Assembly (NCBI GenBank): GCA_026025075.1
Contig: JAPEUI010000122.1
Location: 1-48,066 of the forward strand
From: Vezdaea acicularis
Taxonomy: Eukaryota
Direction of reading: 5' to 3'
DNA: 48,066 bases
The first letter of the stretch is position 1. Each line of letters begins with the position of its first letter. A program made the translations under genes and the position numbers. Shown one piece after another: positions 35,505-47,765 of the stretch. The notes beneath the pieces were generated by a model. The model did no database searches. It worked only from the letters and a program-made list of their open reading frames with translations, and was not told the DNA's origin.

Positions 35505-36254
35505 TCACCACAGCTCATCTTCAAAACTTTCCTGTCGACCTCGACCGCCGCCAAATGGGTCATTGCCCTGCCGACTCCTGCCGCCACCGAATTGCCTATT
35601 GCCACCAACAAAGTGGCCATTACGGCCACCAGAATAACCATTACCACTACCGAATCGACTTCGACCGCCTCCGTAGCCATTGTCACGTCTAGCACCGCCA
35701 TACAAGCCACGGTCATCAAACTCACTATCCTCACTGAAGACGCTCACACGGCGACCACCATATCGCTCCTCACCACCGAAAGCCTCTCGATATGGACCCA
35801 TGCCCTGCCTCATCCGGCCTTCCTGTTCCCTGCGGCGAAGCGTAGCCAACCAATAGGGCAGCCCATGTTGCTGCTCAGTCGACTGCTGAGAAAGACCACT
35901 GAGCTGCCGTTCTCTGCCACTAAACATGCTTCTCTCGCCATCGTCGATATCTGAGTCGTCGGGACTGTCTAATTGAGACCAGCCATGGTTGTGGCCCATA
36001 CGGCATCCTCCTGTTTGGCCTCGCCGCGTCTGTTCAGGGGCCATGCGGCCTCCGAGCGCCCGACGCAGTCGTTCTTGGTACTCTCGTTCTTCCAAATCAT
36101 CATCCGTTCGAGCTCCGCTCATGTGACCTCCCCAATTACGGCCTCCTCTCGTTGGATCTTCTCCCTGTCGGTTACCTCCCCTTTCGCGTCTGCCTCCATG
36201 GGCTCTTCCGCCGTAAAGCTCATCGCCAGAAGACCATATGCCGTCAGAATCCAT
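35505..36254 (-). CDS. Gly/Arg-rich (RGG-like) intrinsically disordered hypothetical protein
   Basis: 249-aa open frame from ATG 36254 with GGR/YGG/FGG motifs and acidic patches. TATAAAA lies on the minus strand at ~36390-36396. Confidence 0.7.
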   Translation of the reverse strand: MDSDGIWSSGDELYGGRAHGGRRERGGNRQGEDPTRGGRNWGGHMSGARTDDDLEEREYQERLRRALGGRMAPEQTRRGQTGGCRMGHNHGWSQLDSPDDSDIDDGERSMFSGRERQLSGLSQQSTEQQHGLPYWLATLRRREQEGRMRQGMGPYREAFGGEERYGGRRVSVFSEDSEFDDRGLYGGARRDNGYGGGRSRFGSGNGYSGGRNGHFVGGNRQFGGGRSRQGNDPFGGGRGRQESFEDELW

Positions 36255-36706
36255 GTTTTGCAAACAGAAGATGACTGTAGTAGATTGTATGGGTTTTCAA
36301 GAGTTTGGAGGAGGTAGGTGATAAGTTCTTGGGGATGTGAGAGTGCGGGAAGGGAAAGAGAAAGGTGTGTTCGGGAGTTGTCGAGGGGCTTTTATAGTTC
36401 GTAAGCAGAGTAATCTGCAAGTGAAGAGGATATTCACCTTGGATCCTTAAGGCTCAGTTGCTCAGGGGATGGAGATGTTAATGCAATATTCACTTCATCA
36501 ATGAGGGGGGGAAATTGACCATATTGAATAAAGCCGCGAGAATATTCGAAAAGGTATAAACTTCATCGTAACGGACGTTCCGCTGAAGAGTCCTTGCAAG
36601 ATAAGCTTTCTTTAGAATAAACCAAACTACAACTCCTTCAGCGCCATACATACTTCGACTGTCCGAAATCTCCCGCTTATTCGCTCCTTAAAGATGCCTC
36701 ATACCA

Positions 36707-37368
36707 CTACGTGGCCTTTTTCTTCCCACTCGGAGTCTTGTGCGCTCCAGTAGCTTTTGCGGTAGCCTTCAGCTCATCTTGCTTCGTATACTGTTCAGCC
36801 TCCTCGCCCTCCTTCCTTTCCGCATACCACTGTCCCGCCTGTAATACCAATACTCCAATCAACACCAGCGCCAGAATCGTATTACTCGCCGCCAGAACCT
36901 TCAGCGTATCCTCACGTCCCACAACTTCCGGATCTCCCGCGCCGTACACGCCTTCTGTGACGACGCGCAAGCCGGCGACGATGTTACTCACGTAAACGGT
37001 TATGGCGATGACATAGAGGATGAGACTCGCACCATCAAAGAGTACGTTCGCTTCGGAGGGCTTGTAAAGCTTTATGAGAAACCCGAGAATGCCCACTGCG
37101 ACGACGATGTGCAGAATACGCGGGATGATGGCGGGAGAGGAGTGGATGAAGCGCAGGTGCGTTTCGAGCATGTCAAAGTAGGCGGGGGAGGGCGGCGCTG
37201 AGGTCCAGAGCGCGGGATAGTCGTAGGGAAAGAAGGAGAAGAGGATACCAAGGAAGAAGGAGGTTGCTAGGCAGAACAACATTAGCCGGGTACTATGCTT
37301 GGAGATGCTGAGGAATGCTTACGGCAAAGGATGAGGAAAGTCGCGAAAGAGCCGCTTCCTTTCGCCAT
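36707..37368 (-). CDS. SHR3: ER membrane packaging chaperone Shr3 (amino-acid permease chaperone)
   Basis: Exons 37368-37323 and 37266-36707. SFATFLILCPTSFFLGILFSFFPYDY, KLYKPSEANVLFDGASL, VLAASNTIL..GVLVLQAGQWYA; basic tail KKKAT. Confidence 0.95.
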
Positions 37369-38100
37369 GTCTGATCGGAAGGATGAGGTATGAGAATCGG
37401 ATCAGAAGCTTTGATACAAGGCCTTCGCTCAAATCTGGTACCTAGCTAGCAACGTGGCATCTACGGGCGATGCGCGTTTGGTCGGAGGTGTTTGTAGGCA
37501 AGCCAAAGACGGGATTGCTGTCTGCGAAGGCTTCACTATTGCTTATCGAGCTCCAAAATGTTCGGCAATGCAAAATAGCAAAATACAAAAGCTGAGCTGC
37601 GTAAACTGAGATTATAAACTCTCAAGGCCGAAAAAAATACCAGCACAGATTTATCGCGTGGGATGTCCGTAAGCATAATGGCCAGCCTATCCTTCAACGT
37701 CAATCGATCACCTTCCGCTTTTGTATGTCGGACTATATTTTCGCCGCGCCAAGAGTCCACTAGCAACGGAGAGGGTCGGCACGGAATCAACAACGATACT
37801 TTGACTAACCATACGTTTGAGGGGCTATAAGGATTTCATAACATTGCCACCAACTTCCATCAGCAACCCTTTATGCAATGTTAGGGTCCAATTTCGCTAC
37901 AGAAAACGAGAGGAAACACCTAAAAAACTATCAAACCTAAAGCCCTACAGACCCCACTTTCTAACTCCTTTACAGAATCCTCCTTATATCTTTTGACGCC
38001 TGGCAGTTGCGCTTCGTAAGTAAGTTCATTAACCTAAGAGCCCTTAACGCCAGCTTGTTGCATTTATACACATACTCTGGATATATTGCAAAGATTTGTT

Positions 38101-40517
38101 TCACCTCTCGTATCTTGGCAGATTCTCTCGGTGCGGTCTTTGATGCAAAGCCTGATGGTTACCATGGAAGTACTCGTCATCGTCACGTATTGGGGGCGCT
38201 GACGGCTGTAAGTCTGGGTGATTGTCCATTGACACGGCGGCAGTATGTTCTTGTTGTTCTTCAGAGAACTCGTCAGGGGCGCTTGCCTCTGTTTGTAGCC
38301 TCTGCCGCTCGAGCTCCCTTTTGTCTTCCGTGGCAGGACCGCCTGTTTCTTGGATTGGACTCTCACCTTGGCTTCCAGGACAATCGGTTGGGGGGTGCGC
38401 AGCCCCGTTTCGGGATGATATGGAGAAATTTAAAGGGTCTCGATATGAGTGTTCTACTACGTCCGTGGTGTGAGTCCCGAGATGCTGATGTCCTTCTTCC
38501 TCAATGATCGGAGCAGATGGCGTAAGAGCCGTGGGTTCTCGGCCAGAGGATATTTCGCCTAACGGAGGTGGACTACTTGGTAATAATTCTCTTTCGGCTT
38601 GTTGCATCCTTTCCTTCTCTGTCTGTACATTTAAGGATTGGGGCTCCGGGGGTGGTACTCCCTCAGGATAATAGCCTGGTCTTTCTGGTCCATAGTTATC
38701 GTAGAAATGATCGTGATAGCCAATGTGGTTATCTGCAGCATATTGCGATGGATCTTGTGGATAGGGATCTTGCTCTTCTCCTAGAGGCCACGGATATTGC
38801 TCCCCAGCAAGCGGAGATGGTGTAACATCCTGACTTTGTTTTTGAGCCAATACCGCATCTTTCAAACGAGCTGCTTCTGCACGCTTCCGCTCTCTGACGC
38901 TATCAACTGTACCAACAACGACCTCAAAAGTTTGAAACACTACGTTTCGTTCGCGTTTGATTGCCGATGTGTCCATAACGGAAGTACCAAAAGCAGTTAA
39001 AATGTTGTTCTGCCCGTCATCAAAACCTGATTGATTGATTCCACTGCCGTAGTTCAATGGCTGATTTATCAAACCAAGTCGAGGCAAATAACGCTCTTGG
39101 CCTGAAGCCTTCCCACCTAAGTCGACGACAACTTCGACATAATACTTGAAGCTGATCATCTGGCCCGGAGAGCGTAGTACTGAGGGAAAAGACTCTGTCG
39201 GCACACGTACGGAGGCTTTGGTGACGGTGTTTCCAACCTTAGGGTCCACGTATAAAGGAGTAAAAGTTTGTGCCAATTCATACTTGAAGACCCGGCTAGT
39301 ACCAGCTGACGATAGAGATAAGGCACCTAAGCCTGTTCTAGACTTTGGATAATACTCTTCGTGCCTCGCTTTCCTAGCGCTTTTCGCGTCTTCACTCTGT
39401 GTGTCCTTTACTGGGTGTGTGTCTATACGTGCCTGCCTATAGAGGGTGGTAATGATGCCATGCAAGTTCTTGATTCGCTTTGTATGACGCACAGTGACCC
39501 TTAGTTCAAGGTTATCTCCGGGCAGGCATCCACCTTTGAGGAGATGAAGCCTAGCTGTGATAGTCTTTTCTGCCAGCGAGGCAGTACTGATTTGAGCGCT
39601 GCTTCTATTGCTCGCTGGGGCAGATTGATTCGTATCGCACTGTATGTTGTTCGCACTACCACTGATCACACTTTCGTTGCTAACACCACTCGACGTCGCG
39701 CTTTGAGGTGGCCGAGACGGTTGTTCTCCAGGAGCTGGACCATTCACGTTCGCTAGATTCTCTGAAGTAATAGGGTTACCCTCATCAAACGGCGATTTTC
39801 TCCTGCCTTTACCGCTACCCTTGTTCCGCGCCCGCCTTGTCAGAGGTTCCAGCCATAAGTCGCGAGGTTTTGGCTCACGGATGATCCCAACATCCAGGTT
39901 TTCCACAACTCTAAACTTAGTCTCGCATGTCAAAGTCGGAGAAATTGCCGTTGGTCTTGTAATTGTTGCAGTAATCATGTATGAAATCGTACCCTTCTCA
40001 AACTACCATCCACATTTATCAGTTATAAGCATAAAGTGGCGCTAGGTAGAAGACCCACGTCAATACTGCTGGGCAGACCAGTAGAAGGAAGCTTCGTTTC
40101 GAACTCGAATTTGTATAGCTGTGGCTCTAGCTTGCCTTCACCACAGAGGACCTTTTCATCATCGAAGATTGATGCGAATCCCGTCCCGAAATGCTCTCCG
40201 GGTTTCTTGCCGCGTCCAGGCCCGACCGAGGTACCAGATTCCCCTCCTATTGGGCCACTTGCGGCTCCACTTTTGAGAATCCGGACGAAACCATGTGTGC
40301 GCATGACCATATGCGTTATTCGGACTGCCTTGACCACAGCGACCACAATAGTTCCCTTGAGTATTTCTCCAGGCGAATACGGTTTGTGTGGCTCGGCCAG
40401 GATCACATGAAAATCAGCTATGGTCCTTGTTCTGGCCGATAACGTAGTTTTCAATCTGGATATTACCGATCGGGTTGATGTATTCGAAGACATATCGCCA
40501 GCAGAATCGATATCCAT
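38101..40517 (-). CDS. palF: Arrestin-like pH-signalling protein PalF/Rim8
   Basis: Exons 40517-40059 and 40002-38101. EPHKPYSPGE, VRITHM, LPSSIDFEKGTISYMITAT, GGCLPGD, YYPKSRTGLGALSLS, ISFKYYVEVVVDL, PSAP motifs, TEDKRELERQRL, C-terminal LPRYER. Confidence 0.95.
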
Positions 40518-40918
40518 GCTAGAATGACGTCGTAGAGAAATGGAACTGGTGCACCCTCCTAATCGTTCGTGCTGCTGATATCAGTGCGTTGGATACTCCC
40601 CCATAACATGATCCAACACGACCAGAATCGAAGCACACGCCCAGATTATAGGCTATAACGCCAGAGGCGACTTATATGCTGCGGAGAGTGAGCACTCCCT
40701 ACAGTGCAAGTGAAATGCGGGCCACTTTAAGGTCATTATGAATGAGATGCAATGCAAGTTAGGGGCAATAAACATGAATGATCGTAATGCTCTCCGTCGG
40801 GAACAGGAATTGGTGGATAGATTGATGTGGTAAAGAAAGCTTCAGCAAGATGAGAACGTACCTTTCACCTACTCTCACAGGGCTGAAACGATATGCCTTA
40901 AGCCTGCGGTCGCTCCAC

Positions 40919-40962
40919 TGCCAAGAGGCCAAGAGTCATTCGAGCCGCTGTCCCTGCCAAGA
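40919..40962. promoter_or_regulatory. Cluster of three PacC/Rim101 consensus sites (GCCAAG) upstream of palF
   Basis: GCCAAG at 40920, 40928 and 40956 (two as TGCCAAGA), ~400-445 bp upstream of the palF ATG. A fourth copy is at 41580. Confidence 0.65.
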
Positions 40963-41686
40963 AGGCCAGACCGTTTACGAGACAGCCTCGATTGCCAACG
41001 ACTGCTTACGAGCAAATTCGATTCCTTCAGCTCCAAGAGAGAAACTTTAAAACACAACGGAAGACAGTCTTGATGATGGATTGACGGATCTTGTAGCGGA
41101 TGGTGGATGGCGCGGAGAGCTGATTCAATAATCCACGACTGGGCTGAGTCCCGCCCTCGACCTTCGCGTTCGCCTTTACACATTGGGCCGCCCACTTAGC
41201 GTGCATTGGCTGGACCAGGACCTCAATACATCGCCAGACTTCCACGGCAATTGATATTTATACATCAGTTGATTAAGCAGTCTTCATTATTCCACGACGT
41301 CATTAACAGACATATGATTAGTGGCACCAAGCCAACGTAGCTATGTACACTACAGGGCAGAAGTCTCAGATCACGCCACGTTCGACTCTGCCGAATACTC
41401 ACGTGCCATAATTGAGAGTAGGATACGGATGGTACATGGCCTTTGCCCGTTGAACATGCTAGCATGTCACTACAACCATTCAGTACTGGTCATCTTCAAG
41501 AGCGCGATGTCATTTAAAGTTTGGTTGGGACATAACACAAGCCCTTCATATGCTTTTCGAGGCGGGGAGACAAGCTTCTGCCAAGCGACACGCCACTAAG
41601 AAAAGATTACCTCACGCGACCACATCCGAAGGGCAAGGACTTTGTTAGCCATATACTAAGCTAAGACATTCCCAGGGCTCTTTTAC

Positions 41687-42408
41687 TTATTCAACGGATA
41701 AGATCTCTGTGAGACCTTCGCCTTCTTGATATTCTTCACCGTAAAGAGAACGCTGTATATCCTCAAGTCCTTGGCGGTCTCCCGTAACTTCTAATATGTA
41801 AGCTTCAAGGGCCTGAATGTTCTCAGTCCATCTCTCCACGGCCTTGAAAGAAGCTTTGGCTTCCAGTTGCTTGCGAAGAACATCTGTGGGATCGTTCTCA
41901 CTGTAAGTTGTAAGCTCTAGCTTGAGTGTTTCGACGTCTTTTTGGAGCGTGCTGTGACTAGAGACGAGTGCCTCGCGATCGCCGCCATCAATGTCATCTC
42001 CTTCATCCTCGCGGGCAGCTTCAGCTTCAGAAATCTTCTCTCGGAAGTTGGAGAGTGTTTCTTGGACTTTTCCTTGCTCGACTCTCAAGTCCCCAAGTAC
42101 TCTCTCTTTACTCTGCTTCTCTTCACTCATAAAGCTCCAATACCAGTTGCCACTTCCAATCTTTTCGACCCGGATTCTGTTTTCGTCTGAAAGTGCCTGC
42201 AGGTAGTCTTTGACTTGCATCCCACTAATGCCCGCAGCTGCTGGTAAAGACTTCTCAAGCTCCTTGAAGTTATGAACGGTGCCAGATCTCTGGAAGTACG
42301 CTAAGATGGCATTCTGCTTAGCAATAGGAGGAAGAGACTTAGGGGCCTACAGTTGCGTAAGATCATTAGAGGCAACCTCAATGCAACTACAGATGATATA
42401 CTTACCAT
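41687..42408 (-). CDS. MND1: Meiotic nuclear division protein Mnd1
   Basis: Exon 1 is the ATG alone (42408-42406); intron 42405-42347; exon 2 42346-41687. KELEKSLPAAAGISGMQVKDYLQALSDENRIRVEKIGSGNWYWSF, coiled coil, ENDP, ERWTENI. Confidence 0.95.
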
Positions 42409-44681
42409 CACTACGTATGACAGCACAGGCTCGTCTAATTTTGAACCCAGATGGAGTCGACCAAAAGCTCGTGAGCGTACCGGACAAATGCCAAGGCCCG
42501 TACTTTGTTACTCCTCTTTCATACATCTTGGCAACGCCGCTCTAAGTTGGTACATCATTACTATTCGCATTCATGCCCTTCCGCAGTCCGTGGAATATGC
42601 ATAGGGCGTGGGAACAAAGAGTGCCACCGTCCATTGAGGGACATTCACATATTGTCGAGACCCTGTAGTAAACATGCCGTTCCTTGCATGATCTGTTCAC
42701 ATTACCAGACTTAGCTTTGGATAGGCTTCTGCTAAGACTTATGTTGATCCTAAAAATAGTCGTTCTGAATGGACGAGTTCTAAATCTACACCACATCACC
42801 AAGGAGCAAAGCTGCCCGCCATCCTGCCGGAAAGTTGGAGGTAGTCAGTCTCAATTTTCTAAAAATATGCCCTTTCAAATCGTGTCGCTTCCAGATCAGC
42901 GTTGGTGGTTTCTTTTGAGCTAAACCCTGGTTAGGGGTAACATGTCCACTACCTCTACTCCACGTCCAGGATGGAGACTCCTTTATGGATAAAAATAGCT
43001 TTAAGAGATCACGATAAACTATGTCCGCTCAAACGCCACGATCTTAGTGATGCAACGAATAGTTACGAGGCTAGGACCAAAGGGCCAAGGTGGAAAGGGG
43101 ACTACCGATAAGGGTCGCAGCCGCGTTACTCTACCCGCGTCTCGGTGGCTTGACGCAATTTTGCCATTCCGTGTGTTATTTTCGGAACCGAAAGCGAACA
43201 AAAGCGGCTCACTTAGGACATTCTGCGGGAAAATAGTAGCAAATAGAGCTTCGTTGGGCAAGCAAGGGCCTTACTAGCCGATAAATTGGTCTGCGACGGC
43301 GCCAATTGACCTTTGTGGGCGTCTGTGATAGCACTGCAGAAGTGTCGGTCGTGACAGGGAGCGCGGCAAGCCCGCGGCCATCTCAGACCAGTCGCTGCCT
43401 GTCTCCAAAGAAGGGCGGCGGCTCTATTTGGAGACTAAATCCCAGAAACAGAAGTATTAGTCTGAATTACACAAGGTCGGGAGCTTTCGCCCATGGCGCG
43501 CGCGCTCTGGCACACGGACGGGGTGAAGGATCGTGGGGACGCTTTTGCGGTCAACAACAAACACCATCCACTGGAAGGCGATGACGAGAGCAGTTTCGAG
43601 GACTGTATTCTGGTCCCCCTTCACCTGAGGGCGACACGCGCGGTCGCAGCTTACGCTGAGAGCTTGCTGAGGTCTGTTTCAAGGCCGGCGTCTGCTGCCA
43701 GTTTTCTCGAGGATAAAACACGAAGTGATCCCCCCCATATCGCCATCTTGTGGTCAACCATCACCAGTCTCCAGCTCTGCTCTCTTCCATTTTCAGTCGG
43801 CATCAACTCCGTCAGCGCCCCCGCACCGACCCTTTGCTTCCACTTTTTCCCGAAGGCCCCTTGCCGTCCCGTGTCGGAGCTCGCCCTCTGGTCTAGGCGT
43901 TTCATCGACCGTCTGAAACGTGGTCGCGAGCACCCCTACTCCCGCCGTGTGTGCATCGCAATTCGAGAGTCACATCCCCGGGTCAGCAACTGGCCAATCT
44001 GCGGGCCTCGGAGGCTTGTTCTTTTCCATTTCGAGCGACTCCAGCGAGTTGGGACGAACCCGTCGCACCGCTCGTGCGGCCTTGCCGTGTTTCTATTCCT
44101 GAAACCGTCCATCACCGAGGGCCAGGTCGCGCAACGCTGTGAGCCAGCGTGGGCGAGCAGCTTCGTCGAATCAGCGGCCTCTGTCGCGCCGATTGAGTGG
44201 TGGAGCGTGTGCGCGCTGCGGTTCCGCCGGCCAACGAGGCGGCCGATGCCCCCTCCCTTCGCGAGCGCGCGGGTCAAAAATAGACGCGACCCCTGCATCG
44301 CCTGCCATTCGCCTAAGAAGCGTCGACACCCGGGCTCCGCTAGTGCCGCTAGCAGCCCACGCTTGCCCGGCCGGCAGACGCCAGCGAAAGCTCTTGCCTC
44401 CAATTTTGTCGACTCGTCACAGCCTCTATTGCTGCTTCCCGCTACGCGCCCGCGCTCCCTTTGTCCCTTACCCTTCAGGTTGCTAAATCTGCAACGTCCA
44501 CCGCAGTTTCAGGTCGAGGTAAGCAAAGCTTCCAATCCTCATAAAACCTTCGAGATCCGCCGCCCTCCCTCGCCTTTCTCTTCTCTCCACCGCTCACATG
44601 CTGTAGGCACTTGTACACCATCCGAGTCATTCATTTGAAGCTACGGTCACTCGCTGCACAAGTCCCCCCACCGCTACAATC

Positions 44682-45290
44682 ATGCCTTCAGCCAAGCCGG
44701 TCCTGCCTCCCCTCAAGACGCCTATGTCTGCAACCTTCCCGTCGGAACTCTCACGAAGTCCCCTTGTGAGCGCGACCTTCATCAAGCAGGAGGAAGATCT
44801 TCTCAAGACTCCGATCACTCCTCCCGTCGCCTACACCGACTTCCTAAAGTTCGCCAGTCCCACTTCCAGCCCGCTATGGAAGGAGTCGGGCAAGTCGTCG
44901 CCTACTTCGCAACCATCAACCGCCGACTCGAGTAATTGCAGCTGCAGCTGCGATGCTGCTCCGTCCCCAAAGATGGCGAAGCCTACTTCTCCCTTCTCGT
45001 GGCCCATGTCTGCCCCAGCCTATGGCCCTCGACGCTTTCGCATTCCTGTCTCACCTCTGTGCTCGCCCCTCGAGCAGGCACGGTCACCGTTGAGCGCCAC
45101 CGTCCGTTCGCCCATGAGCATCATCTCTCCGAAAGACTTCGACTTCTCTGTCCCTCGCTTCCCCGAGCCAAAGTCGGCGACAACCACTCGCCCGGTCAGT
45201 GTCCGACAAGTCGTCACCAGGACCGTCACATACACCCCACGAACAACTCTAGACCCCGCGCCTAAGGGCAAGCGGAGGAAGGTCGAGTAG
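44682..45290 (+). CDS. Ser/Pro/Thr-rich hypothetical protein with C-terminal NLS (possible long N-terminal extension, see findings)
   Basis: 202 aa with good start context (ACAATCATG), C-ending codon bias and many SP/TP sites. Blocks LPPLKTP, PITPPVAYTDFLK, VRQVVTRTVTY, PAPKGKRRK. Upstream intron 44519-44606. Confidence 0.85.
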   Translation: MPSAKPVLPPLKTPMSATFPSELSRSPLVSATFIKQEEDLLKTPITPPVAYTDFLKFASPTSSPLWKESGKSSPTSQPSTADSSNCSCSCDAAPSPKMAKPTSPFSWPMSAPAYGPRRFRIPVSPLCSPLEQARSPLSATVRSPMSIISPKDFDFSVPRFPEPKSATTTRPVSVRQVVTRTVTYTPRTTLDPAPKGKRRKVE

Positions 45291-46268
45291 TCTGGCCTGA
45301 TCAGCCCTTGGGAGTCACTGTGTGACAACTGGCCATCGATTCGGTTTACTTTCTCTACGGCACTCTTCTATAACAACAAACCTTTGCTCACAACCAACAA
45401 CGTTTCAACTCGAATACTTTCCTATTCATCATCATCATCAACATCATAAGGCGGACTCATCAACATTTCTCAAGATCCATTCTTACATACTACTCATAAA
45501 CGATGCGCCACCCACAGCATCCCTTCAATTCTCGATACTCATCCCGATCCCCATAGAGGTCCTGGCGACCTCCTCCCACCACACAACTAAAACAATTGAA
45601 GCATCATCTCACGAAATTAAAATTCCTTGTATCTAAGGCTGGAATAGAATCAGGCGGCGCACAATCAAAATCTGCCCACCTCACGACAAACGACCAGACG
45701 GTCATTTCATGCTTCATTGCGTGCGGAGCTTGGGCGTTTTCTCTCGAACCGGGTATCTATCATTTGGGAGGGGCATCATTGGGTCTATGCTTTTCAGCGG
45801 GGTTCTCGGAGCTGCTGTTGCTACTACTATTGGTTTGGGAGCCTCGGCTCCCTGGGGGAGGGAGGAGATTATGATTGAGTGCTTTGGGATAGCATGCGAG
45901 CAAGCAAGGCATCTGCATTTTTCTTTTGTGAGATGGAGTTTTGATCTACCAACAATACTGAGCTATTCGCAATTTTATTGAGTTTACCTCAACCCTTCTG
46001 TCTCCTTCTGCGCGGCTTGTCTCCGCTCTAACTGAAATGTGTCGCTGGGCGTCGTGGCCGCGTCTCCAGCTCCCTGATCGATGACCTTATGACCTCCTCG
46101 AATCTATTTCCATAGCAGTAACATTAGACCTCGGGAATCGCAATAGCTACAGCTTCAACTACGTAATCACCGTAAACACCCTCACCACTCTTCCCAGCCC
46201 ACGTTCACCCATCCAAGCCCACCCACCCTCCACAACACAAAATCCCTCCCTTCCGCCCATCAGCACAA

Positions 46269-46296
46269 CATCCATCCATCCATCCATCCATCCATC
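46269..46296. repeat. (CATC)7 microsatellite
   Basis: Read directly. Confidence 0.9.
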
Positions 46297-47765
46297 CCTC
46301 AGCGGCGGTCCACTCCCGCACCGACCGCAAGCGCCCTCGCGCCCTCGCCAAAAAATCAACCGCCCCTCCTCGCCAATCAAACAGCCGGCCCATCCCTGTT
46401 CCATACCCGATCCTTCCCTGTTCGCCAATGCGCGCTACTAAGCGCCCGTCCACACGACGGCCCGATCGGGTAAGGCGGGCGTAGAGGGTTTTTTATCGGG
46501 GGGTTTGTGGCGAGGAGAGGAAGGGGGGACAAGGTTGGATGCCTGGGTTGGGCAATAGGAATGTGGCAGGTGGATGGTTTGAGGGTTTTGGGTGAGGTGC
46601 ATATGGCAATATTACAGATGGGCAGGCTGGAGATGGAAGATGCGTCTTTGGCCTGGTTACAAGGAAGACGGAGGGGAAGGGGAATTGGGCCGGGCGGCTC
46701 GGAGCTTTGTGTGCTCTACAGTAGGAGCAAGGCAGGATGGGTCAGGCTTACGCCGCGTGCTCGTCCTGTTTGCTCAAGCTTTAGACCGGGGGTGGGATTA
46801 GAATGGGGTCTCCGGACGGCGATTGGTAGCTGGGTGGTGGTACGTGCGTGGGAGGGCGGTCAGGTGAGCTTGTTTGCGGATGGGATGGTAATAGTTCCAG
46901 GCAACTCCTGGGATGGTCTTCTGCTGGTTTGTTGTTCTTTTTGGCATCTGCCAATCGGAGGAAACTTTCTTCGTCCGTGTGTTCATCGTGCTGTTGCTGT
47001 CAAGCTTTGCTTGGGAGGCTTCTTGCCGCTATCTTCTTCTTAGCCTCCGTTTGGCGTTCTGTTCGAGGTTCAGCCGGTAACTTTTGTTGCATTTAGGACG
47101 TGCCATCACAGGTCACGGAATATTATCATGCTTCTGGGCCTCCGTTTGGCGCTTTGAGCTTGTTGAGGGCGTAATTCTAGCTCCTCGTCACCTTCTCTCT
47201 CAACACCTTGCATTGAATGCTCGGAGACTGATGCGAGCAGACCTTCTGACCTCCATTGCATCCAGACGAGTCATCTCCGTTTGGGAAGTCTAGAGGCCCT
47301 TACAAAAGCTTGACTGACTTCTTAGGACCGATGGGCCTCTATTGCGCCCAGCAATGTCCCTTACATCAGGGACTGTGGACTGTAAGAGACCTTGAAGAGA
47401 TCTCCCACCGTTTGATGCCCTTCTCTATGCTCAATAGCATAGCAAAATTCCTATGATTGGTTTTGCTATCCCTTGGGGAGTTCCTTCTCCACAAGGCCAC
47501 GATGTACGGGACCTTGAGACCCTTCTTAAGCTGGCAAACCGTTTAGGCTAGGGCCTCAGCGACGCTTTCTCTTGTTCTACCGACTGTCTTTTTGCTACTA
47601 GAGAAGGGAGATCACGCCCCTATTAGAGCCAGGTAGGTACCGCTCTATATGCAAGGCCGATAGTGAAAGTATAGAAATATCCAAGTTATGTATGTAAAGG
47701 CTGCTTTGTACAAAGACCTACCCAAATTGATGTTGATCACCGCGTACAATCATGACTCAATGATG

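Noticed and set aside
42920..42942. Telomere-like/telomerase-template-like TAAACCCTGGTTAGGGGTAA
   Set aside because: Single imperfect units, with no TAACCCTAA template and no array.
47040..47600. RIP-inactivated minus-strand pseudogene, and the 14-bp direct repeat GCCTCCGTTTGGCG (47043, 47138)
   Set aside because: The best frame has about 8 stops in ~180 codons, roughly the random expectation. There are only two repeat copies, so it is not an array, and no transposon motifs.
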